Of a stretch of DNA of 43,530 nt, positions 15,784 to 25,012 are shown piece by piece. How positions within the stretch are numbered: the stretch's first letter is position 1; each line of letters begins with the position of its first letter. The DNA lies in the IMG/VR virus record IMGVR_UViG_2734482773_000003, positions 1 through 43,530 of that record; one strand, 5' to 3'. Origin of the DNA: a virus (lineage: Duplodnaviria > Heunggongvirae > Uroviricota > Caudoviricetes). The position numbers were made by a program, and so were the translations under genes. Below the pieces are notes generated by a model. The model saw only the letters and a list, made by a program, of their open reading frames with translations, had not been told where the DNA came from and searched no databases.

Positions 15784-16448
15784 GCATGTATCAACGCATT
15801 AATGGCGCTGAATGGCGCAATATTTTCGTCGTCGGCGATCTGCATGGGTGCTACACGCTGCTGATGAATGAGCTCGAAAAAGTTTCGTTCGACCCTGCGT
15901 GTGATTTGCTGATTTCGGTTGGAGACCTTGTTGACCGCGGCGCGGAAAACGTCGAGTGCCTGGAGTTGATTACTATGCCTTGGCTCCGGGCTGTGCGAGG
16001 AAACCATGAGCAGATGATGATTGATGGGCTGTCGGAGTATGGAAACGTCAATCACTGGCTGGTAAATGGTGGCGGTTGGTTCTTCAATCTCGACTATGAC
16101 AAAGAAGTGCTGGCTAAGGCTCTGGTTCACAAAGCGGCTGAGTTACCACTCATCATCGAGTTGGTTACCTCCGATCGAAAAATAGTCATCTGTCACGCTG
16201 ACTACCCGCACAACGAATATGAATTTGATAAGCCAGTGCCGAAAGAAATGGTCATCTGGAATCGTGAGCGGGTTAGCGACGCTCAGGACGGCATTGTCTC
16301 GCCGATATCCGGTGCTGATCTGTTTATCTTCGGACACACCCCAGCGCGCCAGCCCCTGAAGTATGCCAACCAGATGTACATCGATACCGGTGCCGTGTTC
16401 TGCGGAAACCTCACGCTGGTACAGGTTCAAGGTGGTGCCCATGCGTAA
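15780..16448 (+). CDS. ninI: lambda-type Ser/Thr protein phosphatase (metallophosphoesterase)
   Basis: ORF 15747..16448; ATG 15780 with GAGGAG upstream; GDLHG, GDLVDRG, GNHE motifs; near-collinear with the lambda phosphatase. Confidence 0.85.
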   Translation: MSMYQRINGAEWRNIFVVGDLHGCYTLLMNELEKVSFDPACDLLISVGDLVDRGAENVECLELITMPWLRAVRGNHEQMMIDGLSEYGNVNHWLVNGGGWFFNLDYDKEVLAKALVHKAAELPLIIELVTSDRKIVICHADYPHNEYEFDKPVPKEMVIWNRERVSDAQDGIVSPISGADLFIFGHTPARQPLKYANQMYIDTGAVFCGNLTLVQVQGGAHA

Positions 16449-17073
16449 ACCATCCCGCCGTAAGTGCAAAGTATGCGGTGAATACTTCGTGCCGAAATTC
16501 CACGACATCCGGATCCGCTGGTGCTGTCCGGAGCACGGCGCAATCCTCGCGATGGAGGAGCGCGAAAAGGAGAAGGTTAAAGCCGCGGCTAAGCGCATCA
16601 AGGAGCGCAAAGAGAAAGAGCGCGCGGAACGCCGGGATCTGAAAGCGAGAAAGGTGGCGCTAAAAACGAAACCGCAGTGGAGATCGGAAGCGCAGGCGGC
16701 ATTCAACCGGTACGTCCGTCTGAGGGATGCAGGTAAGCCGTGCATCAGCTGCGGCAGGCTGCCAGAGCAGAAGTTTGGCGGAACCATGGACTGCGGACAC
16801 TATCGCACCCGTGGCGCTGCCGCGCATCTGGCTTTCAACCTTCACAATACCGCTGCCCAGTGTGTCTATTGCAACCGGGATCGGGACGGCGCGCAAAAGG
16901 CATTTGAACAGGGCCTTATCGAGCGCATCGGTGCCGAAAAAGTTGAGGCGATAAACAACGATAACTCCGTCCGCCGGTTCGACATCCAATACCTGCAACG
17001 CATCAAATCCATTTTCACCCGTAAAGCCCGCGCGCTGGAGAAGCGCCGCGCCCGTCAACAGGAGGCAGCATGA
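16441..17073 (+). CDS. ninG: NinG-like protein
   Basis: ORF 16363..17073; ATG 16441 with AGGTGG upstream; conserved [28 protein letters not shown] motifs matching lambda NinG. Confidence 0.75.
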   Translation: MRKPSRRKCKVCGEYFVPKFHDIRIRWCCPEHGAILAMEEREKEKVKAAAKRIKERKEKERAERRDLKARKVALKTKPQWRSEAQAAFNRYVRLRDAGKPCISCGRLPEQKFGGTMDCGHYRTRGAAAHLAFNLHNTAAQCVYCNRDRDGAQKAFEQGLIERIGAEKVEAINNDNSVRRFDIQYLQRIKSIFTRKARALEKRRARQQEAA

Positions 17074-17282
17074 TAAAGCCAGTTTTCGGCATAGGTGGCC
17101 CGCTGACGGACGCCGATTTTAACGCTATCAGGATGAGCAAGAGGCAGGCACAACACGCGGCTGACAGGCTAGCAAGGAAGACGGTATCTGATGGGCTATC
17201 CACTTACGCAAAAGGATTCGTATTTGATGCAGGTGAGCATTACCGAATTTCTGTGTGCGTAACTAGGCCGAGGGCGATTTGA
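17070..17282 (+). CDS. hypothetical nin-region protein (70 aa)
   Basis: ATG 17070 overlapping the ninG stop. Confidence 0.45.
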   Translation: MIKPVFGIGGPLTDADFNAIRMSKRQAQHAADRLARKTVSDGLSTYAKGFVFDAGEHYRISVCVTRPRAI

Positions 17283-17394
17283 TGACCAGTGACCAGATAG
17301 CCAGATACCAGGCCGAAAGCGTTAAGCGCGCCAGTCTGCCGCCAATAGCAAAGCACAGCCAGACCAAAACCAACCAGCCAAAGAAGGAGGCCGC

Positions 17395-17895
17395 ATGAAA
17401 CTGGAATTAACCAACGAGCAGCATCAGTGGATTGATCAGTGGCTCCAGTTGTGGGGTGCATGGTCGCAGACCGGGAAGATAGACAAGGCGATGATCAACA
17501 TGATTGCCAAGTTTATGGCGACCGTCGAACCGCAGCAGGCATCTCGCCCGGTATGTAGCGACGACGACGGTATGCTGATTGACGCAGTGCTGCGCCATTA
17601 CCTGAAAAATATCGACGAGAACGCCTGGCGTGTTGTCTTCGCCTATTACGTCTGCAACTCCAGTGAGATCCGCATCGCCAGCTGGCAGCACGCTGTGAGC
17701 AAACCTCGAGTGATGAAGACGCGTGGCGGGAATCAGTATAAGCACCCGAGCATATCCACCATACGCCGGGAGGTGAAGGAAACACTTAACGCGGCACTGT
17801 TCTGCCTGTATCAACCGCTGCAAAATGCCTTTATCAGCCGCGATAATGTGAACAAAGTTGCAAAAAATGTTCACAACGTGCTTGCTTTTCAATGA
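17395..17895 (+). CDS. putative late-gene antiterminator (Q position)
   Basis: AAGGAGG upstream of ATG 17395; last early gene before the terminator/tRNA/lysis region; assignment is by position, no motif-level match claimed. Confidence 0.45.
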   Translation: MKLELTNEQHQWIDQWLQLWGAWSQTGKIDKAMINMIAKFMATVEPQQASRPVCSDDDGMLIDAVLRHYLKNIDENAWRVVFAYYVCNSSEIRIASWQHAVSKPRVMKTRGGNQYKHPSISTIRREVKETLNAALFCLYQPLQNAFISRDNVNKVAKNVHNVLAFQ

Positions 17896-17957
17896 ACAAA
17901 TGAGCAGAATAATTCGTATATGTTGCCATTGTTGTGTGTGACATGAATGAATAACCA

Positions 17958-17984
17958 GCCTCGCCATCGTGCGGGGCTTTTTTA
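17958..17984 (+). terminator. intrinsic terminator (tR'-like) immediately downstream of the Q-position gene
   Basis: hairpin gcctcgc-catcgt-gcggggc (one G-U) 17958..17977 followed by tttttt. Confidence 0.5.
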
Positions 17985-17987
17985 TTG

Positions 17988-18063
17988 GCTGATTTAGCTC
18001 AGTAGGTAGAGCGCCTGCCTTGTAAGCAGGATGTCGGCGGTTCAACTCCGTCAATCAGCACCA
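17988..18063 (+). tRNA. tRNA-Thr (anticodon UGU)
   Basis: 76-nt cloverleaf folded by hand: 7-bp acceptor stem GCTGATT/AATCAGC, D-arm GCTC/GAGC, anticodon stem CCTGC/GCAGG with loop CTTGTAA (U33, anticodon TGT, A37), T-arm GGCGG/CCGTC with TTCAACT loop, encoded CCA. Confidence 0.8.
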
Positions 18064-18117
18064 GAATCCCGCCAGCTGGGATAGGCCGTAGAGCCGACAT
18101 TGCCTTACCCTCATCTT

Positions 18118-18142
18118 CCCGGCCTGTCGCCGGGTTTTTTAT
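18118..18142 (+). terminator. intrinsic terminator downstream of the tRNA
   Basis: hairpin cccggc-ctgtc-gccggg 18118..18134 followed by ttttttatt. Confidence 0.55.
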
Positions 18143-18242
18143 TCAGGCCGCAGACAATCACTTTCAGATGCCCCGTAGCTATCGTGTTTGACGGCCTTTC
18201 CCACTACACGAACAGCACCCGCTAACTACGCGAGGTGAGAGC

Positions 18243-18467
18243 ATGTATCGCATGGAAAAAATAACCACTGGTGCTGCCTATGGCGCTTCAGCCGGGAGCA
18301 TCCTAAACGGCATGCTTAATGCCTACAGCCCCGAGCAGTGGAACGCTATCGGCGTGCTGGTGGGTATCATCATTGCCGTACTGACGTATCTGACGAATCT
18401 CTATTTCAAGATCCGCGAAGACAACCGCCGCAGCAGGAGCCGAGATGAACCCAACGTTGAGGAATAA
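18243..18467 (+). CDS. class II holin (phage 21 S-type pinholin) with dual-start motif
   Basis: [19 protein letters not shown]...[16 protein letters not shown] closely parallels the S21 pinholin (from memory); two in-frame starts M1 (18243) and M4 (18252) separated by Arg. Confidence 0.8.
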   Translation: MYRMEKITTGAAYGASAGSILNGMLNAYSPEQWNAIGVLVGIIIAVLTYLTNLYFKIREDNRRSRSRDEPNVEE

Positions 18468-18939
18468 GCTGGTGGGTGCCATTGTTGGCGGATCCGGAGC
18501 CATCACCATTGCTGCAGTAATGCTGGGCAATGCCGATGGGCTGGAAGGACGGCGCTATTACGCCTATCAGGATGTGGTCGGCGTCTGGACTGTTTGCGAT
18601 GGGCACACCGGAGCGGACATTCGCCGCGGTCACCGATACACCGACAAAGAGTGCGACAACATGCTGAAGGCCGATCTGCGAAAGGTGGCAAATGCTATCG
18701 ACCCGCTGATCAAGGTTCGCATTCCTGAGCCAACCCGCGCCGCGCTTTACTCCTTCACCTATAACGTTGGCTCTGGTGCTTTTGCCAGCTCGACGCTGCT
18801 GAAGAAGCTGAACGCCGGAGACGTGCCGGGGGCATGCAAAGAACTGCAACGCTGGACGTATGCCGGTGGCAAGCAGTGGAAGGGACTGATAACCCGGCGC
18901 GAGATTGAGCGCGAAGTTTGCGAGTGGGGCCAGAAATGA
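18445..18939 (+). CDS. SAR endolysin (T4-lysozyme-type muramidase with N-terminal signal-anchor-release domain)
   Basis: N-terminal weakly hydrophobic Gly/Ala-rich [20 protein letters not shown]; catalytic E...D...T arrangement ([23 protein letters not shown]); start overlaps the holin 3' end. Confidence 0.85.
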   Translation: MNPTLRNKLVGAIVGGSGAITIAAVMLGNADGLEGRRYYAYQDVVGVWTVCDGHTGADIRRGHRYTDKECDNMLKADLRKVANAIDPLIKVRIPEPTRAALYSFTYNVGSGAFASSTLLKKLNAGDVPGACKELQRWTYAGGKQWKGLITRREIEREVCEWGQK

Positions 18940-19397
18940 GCCGATTAACAGCAATCATCTGTGCTGTCGTTATCTGCCTGCTCGTTTCCATGGCCTGGGC
19001 GATTAACCACTACCGCGACAACGCCATCGCTTATAAAGACCAGCGCGATAAAGCCACTGAGAAACTCAGCCTGGCTAACACCACCATAAAAGACATGCAG
19101 GCCCGCCAGCGTGATGTCGCTGCACTGGATGCCAAATACACCGGAGAACTAGCTGATGCGAAAGAAACCATTGAGCGTCTGCATAGCGATGTCATTGCTG
19201 GCCGTAAGCGGCTGCAGCTCAACGCAAACTGTCCCGCGAACGGAACGACCGGCTCCAGCGGCATGGGCGATGCTTCCGGCCCCCGACTTACTGACTCCGC
19301 TGAACGGGATTATTTCACCCTCAGAGAAAGAATCGCCACAGTGATGAAGCAGGTTGGCTATCTTCAGGAATATCTAAGCACTCAGTGCTTGAAGTAA
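18936..19397 (+). CDS. Rz: Rz-like inner-membrane spanin
   Basis: ORF 18918..19397; ATG 18936 overlapping the endolysin stop (ATGA); N-terminal TM helix [20 protein letters not shown] then coiled coil. Confidence 0.75.
   Translation: MSRLTAIICAVVICLLVSMAWAINHYRDNAIAYKDQRDKATEKLSLANTTIKDMQARQRDVAALDAKYTGELADAKETIERLHSDVIAGRKRLQLNANCPANGTTGSSGMGDASGPRLTDSAERDYFTLRERIATVMKQVGYLQEYLSTQCLK
19156..19344 (+). CDS. Rz1: Rz1-like outer-membrane lipoprotein spanin, embedded in Rz in the +1 frame
   Basis: signal peptide with lipobox LAVSGC, Pro-rich mature region, C-terminal [10 protein letters not shown] resembling lambda Rz1; fully nested inside Rz. Confidence 0.7.
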   Translation: MRKKPLSVCIAMSLLAVSGCSSTQTVPRTERPAPAAWAMLPAPDLLTPLNGIISPSEKESPQ

Positions 19398-19465
19398 AGG
19401 TTTTCTTAATAGTTGCATCTGGTTGTATTGTAGGCTCTGTCTACAACAAAATAAGGTGCTCATAT

Positions 19466-20047
19466 ATGCAACAGTTGCTGAGTGGAATAGATGATTGCTT
19501 GTCTAAAAAGAATTGGTTTGGTGCTTTATTCATAGCAATATCACTTCCTGACATCTGTGGCGCGACAGAGGATAAAATCAAAGGAAATGGCGCGAGGTAC
19601 AAGGACTGGTTTAATCGCTATCTTAAGCCAAGATATAACGCTGATAACATGTATGACTATTTAAGTCTCACCAGCCCTGCAATGGTTCAGAGCATGCCTG
19701 AAGGAATAAAGCAAAGCTTAAGGGCGCAAAAACCCGTAGTCTCATTCACTGCAGAAGACTGTTGGAGTTTAAGGAATGCATGTTTGCATGAAGGCGTTGA
19801 TGAAACGAAGCTAAGGAAGTTTAAGATAACGACCCCTGCGCGAGAAAACCTTCATGCACATATGAATGCTTTTAATGGTGTTCTGCAATTAGATGTTATT
19901 GAGTTATGTAATGATATAGCTAATGGCGTGAGGAGATGGCTTGTTGATATGCAAGAAAATCCTGAGGTTATGGAAAAACTTACGAAAATGATGACCATCG
20001 ATAGTCTGATTTTTGACGGGTTTATTGAATACAAAACTGCAAAATAA
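19466..20047 (+). CDS. AT-rich inserted gene: HEPN-motif protein (candidate RNase / abortive-infection-type toxin)
   Basis: ORF 19385..20047; ATG 19466 with AAGGTG 7 nt upstream; visibly AT-rich against GC-rich flanks; contains RNACLH (Rx4H, HEPN-type); own terminator downstream; sits between Rz and the terminase genes. Confidence 0.5.
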   Translation: MQQLLSGIDDCLSKKNWFGALFIAISLPDICGATEDKIKGNGARYKDWFNRYLKPRYNADNMYDYLSLTSPAMVQSMPEGIKQSLRAQKPVVSFTAEDCWSLRNACLHEGVDETKLRKFKITTPARENLHAHMNAFNGVLQLDVIELCNDIANGVRRWLVDMQENPEVMEKLTKMMTIDSLIFDGFIEYKTAK

Positions 20048-20070
20048 TACAGCCATATTATTGAATTGTA

Positions 20071-20100
20071 ATGCCATCACCATGCTGATGGCATTTTCTT
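20071..20100 (+). terminator. intrinsic terminator after the inserted HEPN-motif gene
   Basis: hairpin atgccatca-ccatgc-tgatggcat 20071..20094 followed by tttctt. Confidence 0.55.
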
Positions 20101-20124
20101 CAACAGTGGCTTGTGAGGGTCTTC

Positions 20125-20343
20125 ATGTCCGACATCTACCAAATCACGCTAACCACTCAAACAGGCGAAACCTTCACGGGCAAGATGTCACGACGTCAGC
20201 CTGAGTTGGTTAATGGCTTTGTGCCGCTGGCGACAGAGACGGGCGAGTGGCTTTATTTCGCTCCGGCCGATGTGAAGCGCGTGCAGTTTACGCCAGTACC
20301 GGCAGAGCAGACCGAACAGCCAGCAGGACAAACAACGGAGTAA
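20125..20343 (+). CDS. hypothetical small protein (72 aa)
   Basis: ORF 20113..20343; ATG 20125 with GAGGGT upstream; immediately precedes the terminase small subunit. Confidence 0.45.
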   Translation: MSDIYQITLTTQTGETFTGKMSRRQPELVNGFVPLATETGEWLYFAPADVKRVQFTPVPAEQTEQPAGQTTE

Positions 20344-20346
20344 CGA

Positions 20347-20997
20347 ATGAGCAAACCGGACTGGGAGGCCATCGAGACGGCGTACCGGGCCGGAGTGATG
20401 TCCCTCCGAGAAATTGCTTCACAGCACGGTATTAGCGAAGGCGCTATCCGTAAGCGTGCCAAGCGTGACGACTGGTCGCGTGACCTCAATGCGAAGATTC
20501 AGCAAAAGGCTGATGATCTGGTACGCAAACAGGAGGTACGCAAACAGGTACGCAACGAAAGCACTTTGACCGAGCGCGTACTGATAGAGGCGACTGCCGA
20601 GGTAATTGCCACGGTACGCATGGAGCACCGGGGAGACATCCGCCGGGCTCGTGAACTGACCAACACGCTATTCGATGAACTTGGTGCGCAGTGCGCAGAT
20701 GTAAGCGCGCTCGAGCAGTTGGGCGACATCATGTTTGACCCCGACGATAAAGGGCGGGACCGGCTCAATGAAATTTATCAGAAAGTGATCAGCCTGCCTT
20801 CCCGCGTTAAATCCATGAAAGACCTGAGCGACAGCCTAAAGACGCTGATCGGCCTCGAGCGTGAGGCATACAGCATCGAGAATAAGGCTGAAACGAAAGA
20901 GGTCACCCATAACGTCATGCTGGTGCCAACCAGTGACAACGTGGATGACTGGGAGGCGGCAGCGCAGAAACATCAGGACGGGGTGCTCGGTGGATGA
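20347..20997 (+). CDS. terminase small subunit (HTH-containing)
   Basis: GGAG upstream; N-terminal HTH (MSLREIASQHGISEGAIRKRAKRDDW); directly precedes and overlaps the large terminase. Confidence 0.7.
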   Translation: MSKPDWEAIETAYRAGVMSLREIASQHGISEGAIRKRAKRDDWSRDLNAKIQQKADDLVRKQEVRKQVRNESTLTERVLIEATAEVIATVRMEHRGDIRRARELTNTLFDELGAQCADVSALEQLGDIMFDPDDKGRDRLNEIYQKVISLPSRVKSMKDLSDSLKTLIGLEREAYSIENKAETKEVTHNVMLVPTSDNVDDWEAAAQKHQDGVLGG

Positions 20998-22556
20998 ATT
21001 ACAAAGCTGTATGGAAGCCACTGCCTGGATCTCAGTCCCTGGCGCTGAGCTGCCCGTGTAACGAAATCCTGTTCGAGGGCACTCGCGGACCGGGCAAGAC
21101 AGCTGCGCAGTTAGCCAGGTTCAGGCGTAATGTCGGCGTGGGTTATGGCTCGTTCTGGCGCGGCGTCATTTTCGACACCGAATATAAGAACCTTGCCGAC
21201 ATCATCACTCAGTCGAAGCGTATGTTTCGCCTATTCAACGACGGTGCGCGCTATCTGTCATCTGCGAGCGAATTGCGATGGGTATGGCCCACAGGCGAGG
21301 AACTTCTCTTCCGCTTCGGCAAAGAGGCAGACGACTACTGGGATTTCCACGGGCAGGAATTCCCGTTTATCGGCTTTAACGAGCTGACTAAACAGCAGTC
21401 CCCGGAATTCTACGAAATGATGTTCTCGTGCCGACGTTCATCGTTCAGGCCGGAAAACTACCCGCTGGAGAATGGCAAGTTACTGAGGCCAATCCCGCTA
21501 GAGACATTCAGCACGACCAACCCGTTTGGCATCGGGCATACCTGGGTGAAGAAGCGCTTCATTGAGCCAGCGCCGCGCGGAACCGTACAGCGCGACCGGC
21601 AAATGGTATTCAACCCTCAGACTGAGCGAGAAGAGGAAATCACGCTGACCCGCGTGGCAATCCACGGCTCGTTTAAAGAAAACCCGTACCTCGACCCGCA
21701 GTACATCGCGACCCTGATGGCCATCAAAGACCCTAACCGACGCAAGGCCTGGGTAGAGGGCTCCTGGGATGTGACCAGTGGCGGACGATTTGACCACCTG
21801 TGGAATGAAGCGCTGCACGTCATTAAGCCGTTCCGCATACCGGATAGTTGGACCGTCGACCGCTCCCATGACTGGGGTGAGTCGAAGCCGTTCTCTAACC
21901 TCTGGTGGGCCCAAGCTGACGGCACTGCCGCCGAGCTGCCAGATGGTCGACAGTTCTGCCCGCCGGCTGGTTCGATAATCCTGATCGGAGAATGGTACGG
22001 CTGCCCGCCTGACGAGCTGAACAAAGGCCTGAACATGTCATCCACCAACGTCGCGAAAGGCGTGGCGTGGATTGACAAGCGGCTTGTGGGCGAAGACGTC
22101 GACGAGCCGGAAGAGATTCAAATCGACGGGGTCACGCAGGGCCAACTCAACATTGTGCCGGGAATTTGCTCGGAGGTTATTCCTGGCCCAGCTGATAGCG
22201 CCATTTTCAACACTGGCGACGATGAGTTATCGATCGGTCAGAAAATGGAAAATCAGGGTGTTGAATGGCTTGAGGCCAATAAGAAGCCAGGCTCTCGAGT
22301 CAACGGGGCTTCGGTATTCGCCGACATGCTTGAGGCGGTGGTTGAGGGTAAGAAGCTGGAATCTGGAATTCCTGAGAAGCCTGCTTTTTACGTGTTGGAG
22401 CATTGCCGTGGCTGGATTAGCCGCATACCCGTGCTGGTTCGCGACAGCAAAAACCCGGATGACGTAGATACCCAGCAGGAAGACCACGACTGGGATGCTA
22501 CCCGTTACCGCGTGCTGCACTCACCTCGCCGTTCAGGGGCGATATTCTTCACATAA
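20994..22556 (+). CDS. terminase large subunit
   Basis: 520 aa; Walker A-like GTRGPGKT; nuclease-domain acidic residues in the C-terminal half; canonical position. Confidence 0.9.
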   Translation: MNYKAVWKPLPGSQSLALSCPCNEILFEGTRGPGKTAAQLARFRRNVGVGYGSFWRGVIFDTEYKNLADIITQSKRMFRLFNDGARYLSSASELRWVWPTGEELLFRFGKEADDYWDFHGQEFPFIGFNELTKQQSPEFYEMMFSCRRSSFRPENYPLENGKLLRPIPLETFSTTNPFGIGHTWVKKRFIEPAPRGTVQRDRQMVFNPQTEREEEITLTRVAIHGSFKENPYLDPQYIATLMAIKDPNRRKAWVEGSWDVTSGGRFDHLWNEALHVIKPFRIPDSWTVDRSHDWGESKPFSNLWWAQADGTAAELPDGRQFCPPAGSIILIGEWYGCPPDELNKGLNMSSTNVAKGVAWIDKRLVGEDVDEPEEIQIDGVTQGQLNIVPGICSEVIPGPADSAIFNTGDDELSIGQKMENQGVEWLEANKKPGSRVNGASVFADMLEAVVEGKKLESGIPEKPAFYVLEHCRGWISRIPVLVRDSKNPDDVDTQQEDHDWDATRYRVLHSPRRSGAIFFT

Positions 22557-22566
22557 GGACAACTCA

Positions 22567-24042
22567 GTGAGTAACGATACAGAAATGCAAGTCCTCGCTG
22601 GGCTGATTGTGAATAGCCTCAACGAGGTATCGCGATCTCGACAGCTTTATGCGGCTGGCTTCAATAAATCAGGCAACACCAAGCGACATCATCTGTGGTG
22701 TGAATTTGGCTATCCTGAGCGCCTCGACTTTGACCACTTCTACAACATGTATGAGCGCAACGGTGCCGCGTTCGGTGCTGTTCATAAGTTGCTCGATGCA
22801 TGCTGGACTGATACCCCGGTGATCGTCGACGGCGATGAGACGAAGAAGTCTAAAAAGTCGACGCCATGGGAAAAGAAAGTCACCAAGCTCATGAAGAAAT
22901 ACTGGGCCAAGGTGAAGGACGCTGATAGACGTAACCTTGTCGGTCACTACTCAGCCCTAATTCTTCAGTTTGCCGATAGTCGTGAATGGTCTGAGCCAGT
23001 TAATCGTGACGTAATGCGTAATTCGCGCGAGCGTGGCCTGGTGAAGATGATTCCTGCATGGGAATCGCAGGTAAAGCCTGGCGAATTAGAGCAGGATCAG
23101 AAGTCCCCTGATTACGCCATGCCGAAGTTTTATTATTTTCAGGAGCAACCTGTAGGGGACAACGGCAGTATTGTTGGTCCTATGCGCTCAATCAAAATTC
23201 ATCCTGAGCGCATCATTATTTTTTGCGAGGGTTCAGAAGATGAATCCTCACAGGCTGGCATCCCGTTCTTGCGTGCAGGCTATAACGACCTGCTGGATAT
23301 GGCTAAAACCTCCGGCGGCAGCGCTGAGGGGTTCCTGAAAAACGCCAGCAGGCAGCTCGGCATTAACATGTCGAAAGACACCAAGATTGACAAAATCATG
23401 GAGGATGCCAAGAAGGCTGGTTACTCGGGGCTGGCTGAGGCGCTTAACGCTGCTATCCAGAAGCTTAACTCTGGTACAGATTCGGCCCTGGTGACGCAGG
23501 ACGGAGAGGCTAAAGTGCTTTCCGTTGCCGCTGCCGATCCGAGTCCAACGTGGACAGTGTCAGCTAACCAGTTTTCATCTTCAGTCCAGATGCCATTCAC
23601 CATCTTGTTTGGTCAGCAGACAGGAAGGCTTGCTTCAGATCAGGACAAAAACGACTTTGCCAAGCGCTGTAATGGTCGCCGCAACGGGTTCCAGACTGAC
23701 CGGGCAAGTGCAGTTATAGAACGGCTTTGGACTGTGGAGGTTATCGAACCACCTAAATCTGGCGAAATCACGTTAACCTGGTCTGATCTACTCGCTCCAA
23801 GCGAGAAAGAGAAGATTGCCAACATGAAGGAAATGGCTGCGGTGGCGAAGGATACCCAGCAAGCCTACGGCACACCTGCTGTTGATGAGAACGAGGTCAG
23901 GGAAGCGGGAGAACTTGAGCCGCGTGAAGATGTTAAGCCGCCTGATCCAAATAAAAAGGTAACGACCGATGATCCTCTTTCCGATGACGCCGGAGCAAAA
24001 GACGAAAGTCGGGACACCGGTAGTTCCGCGCAGCAAGGTTGA
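22567..24042 (+). CDS. portal protein
   Basis: ORF 22495..24042; GTG 22567 with AAGGA 7 nt upstream, just after the terminase stop (alternative ATG 22585); about 490 aa with acidic C-terminus, directly downstream of the terminase. Confidence 0.7.
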   Translation: MSNDTEMQVLAGLIVNSLNEVSRSRQLYAAGFNKSGNTKRHHLWCEFGYPERLDFDHFYNMYERNGAAFGAVHKLLDACWTDTPVIVDGDETKKSKKSTPWEKKVTKLMKKYWAKVKDADRRNLVGHYSALILQFADSREWSEPVNRDVMRNSRERGLVKMIPAWESQVKPGELEQDQKSPDYAMPKFYYFQEQPVGDNGSIVGPMRSIKIHPERIIIFCEGSEDESSQAGIPFLRAGYNDLLDMAKTSGGSAEGFLKNASRQLGINMSKDTKIDKIMEDAKKAGYSGLAEALNAAIQKLNSGTDSALVTQDGEAKVLSVAAADPSPTWTVSANQFSSSVQMPFTILFGQQTGRLASDQDKNDFAKRCNGRRNGFQTDRASAVIERLWTVEVIEPPKSGEITLTWSDLLAPSEKEKIANMKEMAAVAKDTQQAYGTPAVDENEVREAGELEPREDVKPPDPNKKVTTDDPLSDDAGAKDESRDTGSSAQQG

Positions 24043-24973
24043 CCCAACCCTATCGGCAAAGCAGGTAACCGCGATGTTCCGGGATATCGAGAAGCGATAT
24101 ATCGGCATCAAGCGAGCGCTGAAATCTCTGTTCGACCAGCGCCTTACCGGGCGTGAGCGCGAGGTTAACAGCCATAACTGGCACTTCCTTTGTCATGACC
24201 ACGGCGCGGATATGCGCCTCTACCAGGTAAACGCCGGCAAGTTCATCTACGACATGTCGGCGCAGGAACTGGCGGACCTGCTGGAAGCGGTGCAGGCCAT
24301 TCTCGACGATTACCTGCTGGATGGTGGCGAGCAAAATCTCTGGGCGAAGGATTACGTCGTCGCAGAAGCGCAGCGCGGCACGCTTGAGGCATTCAATAAC
24401 CTCTCGCAACAGTCGCAGGTGTATGCCAGTCAGACGACGCTGCAGCAGCTTTTAAGCAGTCCCGGTCATCTTAATCAGGTGGCAGCGGCAAGGCTGACAA
24501 CGTTCAGTGACTGGAAGGTCATCAGCGATACAGCCCGCGGCGACCTGACCAACATCATCACCGATGCGGTCGCGCGCGGGGTGAACCCTCGCGAGACGGC
24601 CAGCGTAATCAGCAAGCGCCTCGATGTGTCGATGTCGAAGGCAAAGACCATCGCTCAGACTGAGCAGGTCGGCGCACTGCGGCAGGCACAATGGAACGAA
24701 ACCGACTGGGCTGCTGACCGGCTGGGGCTGAATACCGGCCTACTGTGGTTGTCAGCGCTAAAACCAACGACGCGAACCTGGCATGCCAGCCGCCACGGCA
24801 AGGTCTACACCACCGAAGAGATTCGGGACTTCTACGCCGAGAACGGCAACCGGTACAACTGCTACTGCAGCCAGATCCCAGTGCTGCTCAACGACGACGG
24901 CAGCATCTTCAATGAGGGGCTGGCTGAGAAACTGGCGAAAGAGAGGAAAGCTTGGAAATCCGAGTCGGAGTGA
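23969..24973 (+). CDS. head morphogenesis protein (Mu F / SPP1 gp7-like minor head protein)
   Basis: 334 aa; conserved C-terminal region (WHASRHGKVYTTEEIRDF...NCYCSQIP) typical of minor head proteins; start uncertain (23969 overlaps the portal by 74 nt; alternative 24074). Confidence 0.65.
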   Translation: MILFPMTPEQKTKVGTPVVPRSKVDPTLSAKQVTAMFRDIEKRYIGIKRALKSLFDQRLTGREREVNSHNWHFLCHDHGADMRLYQVNAGKFIYDMSAQELADLLEAVQAILDDYLLDGGEQNLWAKDYVVAEAQRGTLEAFNNLSQQSQVYASQTTLQQLLSSPGHLNQVAAARLTTFSDWKVISDTARGDLTNIITDAVARGVNPRETASVISKRLDVSMSKAKTIAQTEQVGALRQAQWNETDWAADRLGLNTGLLWLSALKPTTRTWHASRHGKVYTTEEIRDFYAENGNRYNCYCSQIPVLLNDDGSIFNEGLAEKLAKERKAWKSESE

Positions 24974-25012
24974 TATCATCATGTAAATGATAAAGTTGCT
25001 TAAGGGTGAGCA

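Noticed and set aside
17395-17895. Confident family-level assignment of the Q-position gene to lambda Q
   Set aside because: No Cys-based zinc finger as in lambda Q; only the position supports an antiterminator role, so it is kept as putative.
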